Part shown: positions 12,959 through 25,118 of the stretch, piece after piece
Position numbering within the stretch: the stretch's first letter is position 1
Layout: each line of letters opens with the position of its first letter
Assembly (NCBI GenBank): GCA_951406725.2
Contig: OX597815.1
Location: forward strand, 181,784,001 to 181,848,000
DNA length: 64,000 bases
Direction: 5' to 3'
Source of the DNA: Octopus vulgaris
Taxonomy: Eukaryota
Position numbers and translations under genes: made by a program
Notes under the pieces: model-generated
What the model saw: only the letters and a program-made list of their open reading frames with translations
What the model was told of the DNA's origin: nothing
The model's database searches: none

Positions 12959-13230
12959 GTGTTGCCTTGACTGGCTTCTGTACCAGTGGCATGTAAAAAG
13001 CACCAACCGATCATGGTCACTGCCAGCCTCCCCTGGCCACTGTGCCAGTGACACGTAAAAAGCACCCGCTACACTCACGGAGTGGTTGGCATTAGGAAGG
13101 GCATCCAGCTGTAGAAACACTGCCAGATCAGACTGGAGCCTGGTGCAGCCTCCTGGCTTCCCAGACCCCGGTCAAAGTCCAACACGTGCTAGCATGGAAA
13201 ACGGACATTAAACGATGATGATGATGATGA
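12959..13230 (+). mobile_element. RTE 3'UTR fragment with (GAT)n tail
   Basis: Matches the 3' part of the copy at 1-745. Confidence 0.85.
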
Positions 13231-13344
13231 AAACAATCCCAAATTTTAGGCCTTTCAGAATAATTTTATGTGTCAGGATACAGTTTTTGTATTACATATT
13301 TTTCTATGCTTCTTGTTGTATCAAGACATTGATGATGCAGCATA

Positions 13345-13540
13345 TGCAGGGCTGCTGAAAAGTTCCTGGTTTTGGGTAAAAAAAAATACAGGAGGATCAT
13401 TTGATAATGATTTTATTCAACATATTCCCCTCTCAGATTCACACACTTATTGTATCACTCCTTAAGTTTTTCTAAGCCCTGTAAAAGAACTCAGAAGGTT
13501 GGGCCTCCAGCCAGGGCCTTTCATGATATCCTTAAAGCAT
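13345..13540 (-). mobile_element. mariner-type transposon 3' end remnant
   Basis: Minus strand reads WLEAQPSEFF/GLEKLKE*YNKCVNLRGEYVE*, the mariner C-terminus, followed by a TIR-like end (plus strand cagggctgctgaaaagttcctgg). Confidence 0.75.
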
Positions 13541-13590
13541 CGCTTTGTATGAAGGATTTATTTGATCTTAAGAACAGGCCAACTTGAGTT

Positions 13591-13595
13591 AGTGA

Positions 13596-13650
<55 letters not shown>

Positions 13651-13760
13651 TATAATAATAATAATAATAATAATAACAACATCGGGAAAATACCTCAGGA
13701 ATGAGAACCCAGGTTCGAAATTTCCCCAGGGCACCTCATGAATACTGGAGGGTAAATCAG
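13591..13760 (+). mobile_element. Family A element, 5' part (degenerate HHR); its 3' end resumes at 14692-14718
   Basis: agtgacctga-(AAT)n-catcgggaaaatacctcaggaatgagaacccagg...; tail attcctcatctctcaaatatagaattg follows the Tc1 TIR. Confidence 0.75.
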
Positions 13761-14413
13761 GGATGGGGGGACTATATCTTGGAAATCCACTGGGCCAATG
13801 GCTTCCCTTCATGGCAGAATTAACAGTCAAGACTGTTTAAGCATTTTAGCTGATCAAATTCATTCTGTGGTAGTAGAACTGACGGTAAAGCAATCTTTCA
13901 GTATGATAATGCACCAATTCACACAGCTAAAATTGTTACTGAATGGCACGAGAAACATTCTAGTGAAGTTGAACATCTTATCTGGCTACCACAGTCCCCA
14001 GATCTCAATATTATTGAACATCTATGGCGCATTTTAGAAAAACAAGTAAGGAGTTGATATCCTCCACCATCATCACTACAAGAACTGGACAATGTTTTAG
14101 CTGAAGAATGGACAAAATTCCTTTGGAAACAATTCAAACTTTGTATGAGTCCATACCTTGTAGAATTCAAGCTGTAATTACTGCCAAAGGCAGTCCTACC
14201 CCGTATTACTCTTTTACTTGTTTCAGTTATTTGACTGTGGCCATGCTGGAGCACTGCCTTTAGTCGAGCAAATCGACCCCAGGACTTATTCTTTGTAAGC
14301 CTAGTACTTATTCGATCGGAGTCTTTTGCCAAACCGCTAAGTTACAGGGATGTAAACGCACCACCATCGGTTGTCAAGCAATGTTGAGGGGACAAACACA
14401 GACACACAAACAT

Positions 14414-14464
<51 letters not shown>

Positions 14465-14691
14465 CACGATGGGCTTCTTTCATTTTCCATCTACCAAATC
14501 CACTTACACGGCTTTGGTCAGCCTGAGGCTATAGTAGAAGACACTTGGCCAAGGTGCCACACAGTGGGACTGAACTCGGAACCATGTGGCTGGTAATCAA
14601 GCTACTTACCACACAGCTGCTCCTGTGCCTATATCAAAATTAATTTATTTGAAATCTTAAGGTGTTTCCATTATTTTGTACAACACCTGTA
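13761..14691 (+). pseudogene. Tc1 (DD34E-type) transposase C-terminal remnant plus right TIR, interrupted by SINE C (about 14208-14630, minus)
   Basis: Frameshifted IFQYDNAPIHTAKIVTEW...WLPQSPDLNIIEHLW...RIQAVITAKG; the end ...ttttgtacaacacctg-TA is Tc1 TIR-like. Confidence 0.88.
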
Positions 14692-15593
14692 ATTCCTCAT
14701 CTCTCAAATATAGAATTGAAATTTGAGGAAGATTGGCTGCTATTTTTTTCAGTTTGGGCCTCAGCAATAGAGACCTTTGGCATGAATGACTATAATTTGT
14801 TGAAGACCTAACGACATATTTAGACTAGAGCTGGAGATGGTTTTGTTATATCAAAGGAAGTTTCCATATTAGTAATATGATATTACCGAATTACAATAGG
14901 AACATTCACATTTCTCATTTCCTGTCTTTGCCAGTTACCATGGTTACTGTATTCAGAAATCACTTTATACCAAGAGTGAAAAGTTATAACCTGTCATTGT
15001 TTAGCTTCTCAAATGCTTAAAAGAAAAGATTTTGAGATCATAGATTGTGAACCAATTGTTATTTTGTGTGTTATTGGTTTCATTTTTTTTGTATTTTAGC
15101 AGGAAGAAGGTACTATGAAAAAAAATTAAAAAAAGCAAAAGGAAATTCAAGAAACTTCAGTACCTCTTATCTTTTACTTGTTTCAGTCATTTAGACTGTG
15201 GCCATACTGGGGCAATGACTTGAAGAATTGTTAGTCAAATGAGTCAATCCCTGGACCTTAGGGTCCCAAGACATTTTTTTTTTCAAGTGTGACACTTTAT
15301 CAGTCCATTTTGCCAAACCGTTAAGTAATGGGGATGTAAACACACCTGAACCAGTTATCAAACGGTGCCCTGAAGCTGTGTTAGTGACCAGGTTGCAGTC
15401 AGTATGATGACGCTTTTGATACCAAGTAATAAATGCACAGGAGTGGCTGTGTGGTAAGTAACTTGCTTACCAACCACACGGTTCCAGGTTCAGTTTCACT
15501 GTGTGGTATCTTGGGCAAGCATCTTCTACACAGACCATTGAGAACACACACATGAATATATACACAAGGGGCCCCATTATAACAATATATATA

Positions 15594-15982
15594 TTCTTAT
15601 ATTTGAGTCAGTCATTTGACTGCAGCCATGCTGGAGCACTGCCTTTAGTCAAGCAAAACGACCCCAGGACTTATTCTTTGTAAGCCTAGTACTTATTCTA
15701 TCAGTCTCTCTTGCCGAACCGCTAAGTGACGGGGATGTAAACACGCCACCATTGGTTGTCAAGCGATGTTGTGGGGACAAACACAGATACACAGACATAT
15801 ACACACACATACATACATATACCTACAACGGGCTTCTTTCAGTTTCCGTCTACTAAATCCACTCACAAGGCTTAGTTGGCCCGAGGCTATAGGAGAAGCC
15901 ACTTGCCCAAGGTACCATGCAATGGGACTGAACCCGGAACCATGTAGTTCATAAGCAAGCTACTTACCACACAGCCACTCCT
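15594..15982 (-). mobile_element. SINE C
   Basis: Reverse-complement match. Confidence 0.85.
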
Positions 15983-16232
15983 AAGTTGACTACATTTTCT
16001 CGTAGCTTGAGTAACAACTGAACAGCTTCCTCACTGGACAGGCTGAACAAAAATGTGTCCAGTGACTGAAATGGCACCACAGCCATTTAAATTTTCTTCA
16101 ACCTGAGACTTTTGATGAAGTTTGCATTATCTCGATTTTGAGATGTACTCGTTTGGCAAGTGATTCTGACTTGAGATTGTGTGTTGAAACAAATGCAATT
16201 ACTTGTCAAGGTTATCTCTATGGACTTTCTAT

Positions 16233-16585
16233 AGAAATTATCATCATTGTTTGACCGTAGTCGAGACAATGGAATTTACTATGTTATGCCAGACCTCACG
16301 GTCCATCATAGCATTACGGAGGTCCTGTTGCTGGATGCCTGTATCCCTGGAGATTACATCAAGGTAGGAGAGTGTGCATGCTCTGGTATCGCGAGCAGAT
16401 GGCTTACAGAGGAGAAGAGTAGAAATTACCTCGTTTTCAACAATGTCCAGCAAACTGGACTCTTCTACCTTTCACAAGAGATGATACAGGTGGTAATTTC
16501 CCATATATTTGTACTTTGGTTGGATGATGTTTCCACGAGAAATTTTGAGCTCTCATAAGGAGGCGAGTGTAAGTTCCATCCAACC
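16233..16585 (-). mobile_element. Second RTE-like LINE family, 3' end
   Basis: Minus ORF ...LLLCKPSARDTRACTLSYLDVISRDTGIQQQDLRNAMMDREVW..., then a short tgatga tail. Confidence 0.7.
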
Positions 16586-16875
16586 GTCTCCCAAGCTTCT
16601 TTGATAACTAGCAATTACAGTATGGAAGACTCATTTTAGCCGTTCAAAAAATAGAAAAACTGCTAGCTTCATCACCCACCATCTTTTCATTTGCTGTTAA
16701 AATTTTCATTGCCCTGAAGCTGTGTTAGTGACCAGGTTGCAGTCAGTGTGATGATGCTTTTGATACCAAGTAATAAATGCACAGGAGTGGCTGTGTGGTA
16801 AGTAACTTGCTTACCAACCACATGGTTCCAGGTTCAGTTCCACTGTGTGGTATCTTGGGCAAGTATCTTCTACTT

Positions 16876-16994
16876 GCTCTTAACCACTATGCCATATGCC
16901 AATGGGCATCTTGTTAACAACAAACAAGATGAGGACAAATATCCATCAAATGTAAATAATGTACATAATTCCTCATCTCTTAAATATAGAACTG
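16876..16994. mobile_element. Family A deletion derivative: inverted tRNA-like head plus 3' tail
   Basis: gctcttaaccactatgccatatgcc (minus head), gggcat, then ttgttaacaacaaacaagatgagg...aaatatagaactg. Confidence 0.75.
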
Positions 16995-17118
16995 ATAACT
17001 AAGTTATTTTACTAAATTCTTTGTTATATTTGAAGTAATTAAAAGAAACACAGATCATCTCAAAATAAATTCAGTAACGAAAGGGTTAAGAGAAGTAACT
17101 CCCTCAAAAGTAACAAAA

Positions 17119-17505
17119 TCTCTCCATATATAAAGCTGAAGCTGTCTGTGTATGGCAGGTTTGGTAGCCTTCAACTAACACTATCTCCTCCAAGACCTTG
17201 CGGCGCAAGTTGACCAAAATGATAGAAGAAGGCTTTGCTCTTCCTTCTGTAAAAGAAAAAAAATTCAAATCGGACCATGTTAACACCAAAAATTATTTAC
17301 ATCAAAAAGGTACTTTTTTCCTATGAAAATCCCTATTTTTTACGATTTTTTTACTGCTGTGTCGCCATTTTTCGGTGCATTTCAACCAGAAAAATGTTCA
17401 CATAAAGAGAATGACAAGCTACATAATGCAAAAGTTTTACTTTTCAAAAAATTCCGATTCTAAAGGGTCGAAACAAACCTGAGCAACACCGGGCGATACT
17501 GCTAG
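17119..17505 (+). mobile_element. Non-autonomous Helitron
   Basis: 5' A|TC...tatataaa start, subterminal imperfect hairpin cctgagcaacaccggg, 3' CTAG|T end, no TSD. Confidence 0.7.
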
Positions 17506-18163
17506 TAGCTTTCTAACCACAAGAGGATTGAAATCAGCTTTCACCAGTCAGACAACCAAAATCAAAGTGATCATTAATGCTTTCTGAAGATGTTTTTTAA
17601 TTTGTTCTTGTCTAATTTGCAGTAAAAAAAAAATAATAATAATAAATGATAATAAGCTGACTTTTCTGTTTACTCTGTTCTTTTTTGTTTTTTTTACCAT
17701 TATTTTTTTAATGATTTTATATTCTGCTGTAGAAAAAAAAACTAGTTGCTAATGTCTAGATCTTGCTACATTCACTTTCTTTCAAAATTGTTTTCTAAAC
17801 GTAGAATCGTTCTAACAGTGTTTCCATTAATTTCACAGCTATAAGAAATGTAATACTAATTTTCTTGTTTTTATTTATTTATTTATTTATTTCTCATGAT
17901 ACATTTTCTTTTTCCAAAATTCTGGTGCTGAATCGACAAATTTCATGGATAAATCTTGATAAGATTTGCATTAGTTTATTCTGAGACAGTAATCAAACGG
18001 TTGTTCAGTAGAATTACATTGCCAGAGTCATTCAAGATTACTCAGTAACCAATTCAACCAGACATAATTAGAAGAAACTGTATTAAATATTTATGTGATA
18101 ACGATTTATAATGTGGCTTACAACTTTGTTTTAATCGTATGGAAATATTAATGTATTATAAAC

Positions 18164-18646
18164 TATATTATTTACATTTGACGGATATTTGTTGTTTCGG
18201 CTGATATACTCTCTAGCCTTCATCAGGTGTCTTGGGGAAATTTCAAACCTGAGTTCTCATAATTATTTTTCAAATAGGCGTAGAAATGGCTGTGGTAAGT
18301 AGCTTGCCTACCAACCACATGGTTCCGGGTTCAGTCCCACTGTGTGGCACTTTGGGCAAGTGTCTTCTACTATAGCCTTTTTAGAGTGTAGTGGGTGCTT
18401 TTTACGTGCCACCCACTACACTCGCGGAGTGGTTGGCATTAGGTAGTAATAATAATAATAATAATAATAATATCGAAAAAAAATACCTTAGGAATGAGAA
18501 CCCAGGTTCAAAATTCCCCCAAGACACCTGATGAAGGCTGGAGGGTATATCAGCCGAAACGTGTTAACGTGTTAACAACAAACAGGATGAGGACAAATAT
18601 CTGTCAAATGTAAATAATTCCTCATCTCTCAAATATAGAACTGCAT
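18164..18646. mobile_element. Family A inverted composite with captured SINE C head and RTE UTR fragments
   Basis: Minus copy about 18165-18260, plus copy about 18445-18643; 10-bp direct repeat tattataaac at 18154-18163 and 18647-18656. Confidence 0.8.
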
Positions 18647-19097
18647 TATTATAAACCAATTTAATTACATATATTTTTAATTGAGGACAATGGAACAAGT
18701 CATTTATAGTATCTTTTTTTTTTTCTATTTCTATTCCAATCTACTTCTGTTTACTGTCTTTTTCTGTATTGGTGTATATTTATGATTTTTAAGACTTAGG
18801 AAGTTCATTATGAAATATAATTAGTTTTAAAACAAATTAGCAATAGAAATCTACTGGAAATAAATTTATTATTCATTTCTATATGAACTTTAATACAAGT
18901 ACTCACCTTCTATATACCAAAAGGAAAGACAGTAGATAAATTTTAGTTACCTGCCAAACTAAATGATAGAAATTCTAAAATCGTCTTTGTAAAGTTCATC
19001 CAATATTTTGCACAAAAAACATTATTTAATCAATAATGTATTCTTTTACAGTATTTTCCTTTGTATATCTATTTTCTTTTTTTTTCACAAAACAACA

Positions 19098-19615
19098 ACA
19101 ACATCATCATCATCATCATCGTTTAACATCCGTTTTCCGTGCTAGCATGGGTTGGACAGTTCAACCGGGTTCTGGGAGGCCAGGAGGCTGCACCAGGCTC
19201 CAGTCTGATCTGGCAGTGTTTCTATACCTGGATGCCCTTCCTAACGCCAACCACTCCGTGAGTGTAGTGGGTGCTTTTCACGTGCCACCGGCACAGGTGC
19301 CAGGGGAAGCTGGCAACGGTCATGATTGGTTGGTGCTTTTTACGTGCCACTGGCACAGAAACCAGTCAAGGCGCCGCTGGGCTTGGCCACGTTCGGATGG
19401 TGCTTTTTACGTGCCACTAGCACAGAAACCAGTCGAGGTGCCGCTGGCCTTGACCACGTTCGGATGGTGCTTTTTACGTGCCACTGGCACAGGTATCACA
19501 ACTACAATTTCCATTTGATATTTATTTTGACGTTGATATACGGCAGGTCATCTGCCACCAGCAAAGAAGCCAGTCAAGGTGGCGCTGGCATCGGCTACAT
19601 TCGGATGTTGCTTAA
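19098..19615 (-). mobile_element. RTE 3'UTR
   Basis: (CAT)n tail and repeated ggtgctttttacgtgcc units. Confidence 0.85.
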
Positions 19616-20079
19616 AAAATAAGAATTTCAATGAGAAAGTTTTGATTTCTTTGCAGTATAGAAAGTCGTATGGACATTTCTTGTATACATTTCTGAATCT
19701 TGTATCCAGGCTGAATATTCTCTTTTATGCGTTCCATTTCTGATTCTAGAACGGAGCATTCTTCTCAGTCTTCAACACCCAAAAACGTGTGCAGATTTTG
19801 ATTTCTGATAGCATTCTATGTGCCAAAGATTAATTCTGACCGGACATGCTTTGAGAAGGCTTGATATAACAATGGCTATCCTTATGAATCATGGAAATAG
19901 AGCCCCAGGGAGAGCTTTGCAAGACACGGTCATTTCTCAATGTAGATGCCATGCTGGATTTCATGAAACTGCTGAACCTGCCATGGGTAAGATCCAATGG
20001 TGAAGCAGATTGTTTTGTGTTAGATGTATTACCTCATTCTATGTTTCCACCATGGTCGACTTTCCAATTCTGTCATGCT

Positions 20080-20535
20080 CAACTTTGCCATTCATCCTTT
20101 CGGAATCGATAAATTAAGTACCAGTTGCGTACTGGGGTTGATCTAACCAACTGGTCGCTTCCCCCAAAATTTCAGGCCTTGTACCTAGAGTAGAAATTTT
20201 CATGTAGTGAGTTATTTCATGTGGGAACAGAATAAGATGTGAAATGTTGATGCTGAAGAGGAGAAAAAAAACAGGGTGATGACAAGAAGAAGGTTATCTT
20301 TAGTTTAGAAACCTATTTCTTTACTACCCACAAGGGGCTACAAACAGAGGGGACAAACAAGGACAGACAAACAGATTAAGTCGATTATATCAACCCCAGT
20401 GCATAACTGGTACTTATTTAATCCACCCCGAAAGGATGAAAGGCAAAGTCGACCTCGGCGGAATTTGAACTCAGAACGTAGCGGCAGATGAAATACCGCC
20501 GAGCATTTCGCCTGGCATGCTAACGATTCTGCTAC
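20080..20535. mobile_element. Two SINE B copies (20080-20197 +, 20313-20535 -)
   Basis: Match to the B consensus. Confidence 0.8.
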
Positions 20536-21188
20536 CAATAATTCATTTATTCTTTGCACTCTGTTCTAAGATATTTTGACATCCTCCTCTTCTTTTTCGT
20601 CCTATTTTCAATTATTTGCAGTATTCACAATTCCCATTCTTGTTATTTCTCCTTAGATAAGAAGTCTGATTTTCCCTGTGTAAAACTGCATTGATCTTAG
20701 TTCTCTTTCAGCTAATATTAACACTTTTTACTCCAAGTGTGTTATTAGAGCATTTGAACGGCAAAGAAAATAATCCCAGTACAAATCATGCAATTAATAT
20801 TAAATGGAAAGCAATGCTCGTCTGTGTGCGCCTGTCTGAAGAGAGTGATGACTGTCTGTTGTTAATTTCCTGTTGTGTTCTGGTGTTTCTCTTGCCTTGC
20901 TTGTCGCTTGCTGTGTCATGCTGACTCTGCCTGGGAATTAATATAAAGGTAGAAGTTTCTGTGTCAGAATACTAAACCAATTAAAAATTCATTCAATGAG
21001 CAGGTAATTTGGCTGATCAAATGATGCGGCTGAAAAATCAGGTTCAGAGATTCTTCACTGGCCAAAACTTTGAAGTCACTGTCAGCAGTATTCTTGATTA
21101 AGAATAATAAATTTGTACTCTACACAAATATATAATGCCTCAGATTAATGTAAAATTGTTTTTATAATTAAACATAAAAACAAACATA

Positions 21189-21567
21189 GGTGCAGGAGTG
21201 ACTGTGTGGTAAGTAGCTTGCTTGCCAACCACATGGTTCCGGCTTCAGTCCCACTGCGTGGCACCTTGGACAAGTGTCATCTACTATAGCCTCAGGCCAA
21301 CTAAGCCTTGTGAGTGGATTTGATAGAGGAAAACTGAAAGAAACCCGTCATATATATATATGTCTGTGTATGTTTGTGTGTCTGTGTTTGTCCCCCTAAC
21401 ACCGCTTGACAACTGATGCTGGTGTGTTTACGTCCCTGTCACTTAGTGGTTTGGTAAGAGAGACCGCTAGAATAAGTACTAGGCTTACAAAGAATAAGTC
21501 CTGGGGTCGATTTGCTCGACCTAAGGTGGTGCTCCAGCGTGGCCGCAGTCTGAAACAAATAAAAGAA
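21189..21567 (+). mobile_element. SINE C
   Basis: Full head, microsatellite and tail. Confidence 0.85.
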
Positions 21568-22039
21568 TATATATATACATATTGTTATAATGGGGCCCCT
21601 TGTCCACGTGTATGCTATTGTCAGCACTGTAATATTCTGGTGTAGCACTGGGTCTCCTGCTGGTTGGTTTTTGCATGTGAAACCTTTCCAGTGATTCTTT
21701 CTGGGACATTCTTACCACTTATCCATAATATTGGAGCTATGATCTGTCAATTCAGAGAAGCAGTGATTCTACTTGGAGAGCCCCTCTCATCTCTGAGCTA
21801 TGCACCCTATTGAGAAAAAGTGAATGTCATTAGTATCAAAGTTGTAATCTGTCAATTCAAAGAGGTAGTGACTCTACTTGGAGAGCCCCTATTGAGAAAT
21901 ATTACTCCAAAGACCCTTCAGAGGAAACCTATTTCTACAGCTTTTATTCACAATTGTATTCTTTCAGTTATTACCCAAGATTCCTGACCACAAGTAAAGG
22001 TAAGCACAAGCACCAAATTGAAGATTTGGTTCTTACATC

Positions 22040-22808
22040 TACCTCCCCTCTTCAGATGAATGAATGCTGAATCTGGTTACTTAAACTTTCCCACCAGCTT
22101 CAGTGAATCTCCACTCCTATGTACACTCACATTGATATTTCACATCCTTTGAAGCATTCTAGCTTCATCTCTTTCAATCCTTCACATGACCGCTGCAGTC
22201 ACAGCTCATGTTTCACTTCTGTGTAGCATGGCTGTTCACACACAGGCATCATATAATTTGCCATTCACTCTGAGGGAGAGGCCCTTTCTTACCAACAGAG
22301 ATAGAAGCTCTCTGAACTTTGCCCAGCTTATTTCTATTCTAGCAGCTATGCTCTCAGATCTTCCACCTCCAGTGCTGACTTGGTCACTCAGGTCATAGAA
22401 GCTATCTACTACCTATCTAATAAGGCGGCGAGCTGGCAGAATTGTTAGCACGCCGGGCGAAATGCTTAGCGGTATTTCGTCTGCCGTTACGTTCTGAGTT
22501 CAAATTCCGCTGAGGTCGACTTTGCCTTTCATCCTTTCGGGGTCGATAAATTAAGTACCAATTACGCACTGGGGTCGATGTAATCGACTTAATCCGTTTG
22601 TTTGTCCTTGTTTGTCCCCTCTACGTTTAGCCCCTTGTGGGCAATAAAGAAATAAGAAGCTATCTACTACCTCAATGTATCAGCCCTGGCATATGATGAA
22701 GTCTGTTTTCTGTACATTTCTAGTATTTATTGTACCTCTACATCTGCTACACACAAAGACTACTTTCTTTGTTAATATTCTTCTGATATTGCTGCACCTC
22801 TTATGTGT
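22040..22808 (-). pseudogene. Old RTE ORF2 remnant interrupted by SINE B (22424-22654, +)
   Basis: Colinear with 42300-42750; the B insert is flanked by 18-bp TSD agaagctatctactacct (22397-22414 and 22655-22672). Confidence 0.8.
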
Positions 22809-24555
22809 GGTCGGAGGGTAGGAGACAGAAAAAACCTTAACGAGAATAAATTGAGGCGTTGACAGCAGGGCATGGATTTAATTATCGGCAGGACCTAACA
22901 GATCAGATTCCTGGCTTTGAACTACCAGAATGTCATGCAGAGGATCTTGAATAAGATAATGGATGAGACTCTAATATTCCTAGTTAGATGGAAACTGCAG
23001 GATCACATGGAGCAGTGCCCTGTGACTCCTATAGTGTGTGCAACCAAAACCCCTGAAAAGGGGCATCCTATGGGACAACCTAGATGAGATGATGTAGCAC
23101 TTCTGAATCCAGCCTTGCCCTTTGCCACATTCCCAAGAAGATCTTTGTGCTTCAGTCACTCCTCTGGCCGCTGGGCTGCCTTTCACTTACCCACAGCTAT
23201 TACACACACACATGCACATGCATGCTCACACATATATGCATGCACATACACACATGCATGCACACAGATACTCACACATGCACGTACACACACATGCATG
23301 CACACACACACACACACACACACACACTGAGGAGGAGGATGGTAATTTCTGGATGTATTTGTGTATTTTCCTCAGGATTTCACCTCACATCAAAACTAAC
23401 TCTACTGAGATTTAGAGAAATATTTCAAACAAAAACACATCATACATTAAACTGATGTAAAGCAATGGAACCAGAATACACTATCCTCATATCTACCTGA
23501 ACGGTTGCTTTTGCATCAATATATTTCGAAACTTCTTTTATTCTTATCACATATCACAATCAATTGTCTCAATATTCCACCCAGGAAATTTTATGCCGTC
23601 AATAATTCAACGAGTCTTTCAAGTCTTTCACAGAACCAAGATAAATATATTATGCCATTCTCCATTCACTTATTAACCATAATTTCATTATTTGTTGTTA
23701 TTTGCATTATAATATACGACTCTTGTTATTAATAACTTTTTTCATAAATCAGTGACGAAGCTTGTTAAAATGCATGGCTAAATCAGAAATCTTGAAATGC
23801 TGTCACAATGACTGTAGCAGCTGCACTGAAAGCAGAATGAGCTGCTATCATCCAAACACCGTGAATTTCATAAAACAGAACAATGTAGATCTATCAACAC
23901 CATTTCCATAATCAATGCTGTTGTTATTATTGATGGCAGCAATAATCTTTAACAGTCATATTAATCTTTGACAGTAAATATTAGTTTGTTTATCCTAAGC
24001 TTCTATAAATTAGATGAACCTATAAAGAATTCCCAAGGCACCATTACATTATATTTCCTCTATGAGTTGTGATTCCCTATCAGATTCGTCTCCATGCTAC
24101 TAAAAATCAGACTTACTTCACACTGTAGTCCATGTTTAATAATTTCAGAGTTACCTCCCCTGCCTCTTCTAATCAGAATTAGTCATTTAGTGAGTTGTTC
24201 TCATCAATAAAAGCAGAATTCTAGGCACATGCATCACAACCATATGTGTGTGACAAGGTGATCTCAAATCAAGATAAACAGCGCATGACCTTGCAGGTGA
24301 GGTCCAGTTAGAATTTTCTTCAGGTCGAATAGCCCATTTCTCTCAAAAGGTCCCTGAATAAGGATTGTTTAAGTATGTTGAACAAAAGACAGATGTTTCC
24401 AGAGGGGAATTATTCAAACCCCAAAGAATTTCTCTCAACCCATGGTTATGATGCTCCCCACACTACTTCTGCCCATGATCAAAGATGCACATATTGTCAA
24501 CCACTAAGGGACATGCTTAACTGGTTAAGGTCAAACAACTGACAAGCAAATCTGT

Positions 24556-24652
24556 TTTCATCGACCACAACTGCCTAACTTCCCAAGCTATATCTTTTGA
24601 CTTTTCTTTCTTCCTTATCGCATACCTTGTTGTCAGCTGGGCATGCTATATC

Positions 24653-24683
<31 letters not shown>

Positions 24684-25058
24684 GTCATTGCCTTTGCACA
24701 GCTTCTAACACTGGAGCTGTTCTATAGAGTTAGCTGTTCACTACCAGCGAACTAAGGTGACACTTCTTATTTTTCGAGCATCTTCCAGAGTATTTGAGCA
24801 ATTCCAAGCAGTGCTGTTTTCTGCAAGTGTGCCACCCTTATTGCAGCCACTATTTGTTCCACATACTTCTCGAGATTTTTACTCGCTGTTCCCAGGGCTC
24901 CGACAATTATTGATACCACTACCACCTTTTTCATCGACCACAACTGCTTAACTTCCCAAGCTAACCTGTCATATCTCTCAACTTTTCTTTCTTCCTTATC
25001 GCATACCTTGTTGTCAGCTGGGCATGCTATATCTATGATCCAACATGGCTTGTTTATT
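24556..25058 (-). mobile_element. R4/Dong-like LINE 3' fragments (restriction-like endonuclease region) within (TAA)n
   Basis: CWIIDIACPADNKVCDKEERKVERYDRLAWEVKQLW...GALGT...LQKTALLG; pieces at 24556-24654 and 24684-25058 bounded by (ATT)n. Confidence 0.8.
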
Positions 25059-25065
25059 GTTATTA

Positions 25066-25118
<53 letters not shown>

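Larger units (their letters stand above)
15366..16873. repeat. 164-bp direct duplication (15366-15529 and 16710-16873) of unique DNA plus a SINE C head
   Basis: Near-identical tgccctgaagctgtgttagtgacc...atcttctac. Confidence 0.9.
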
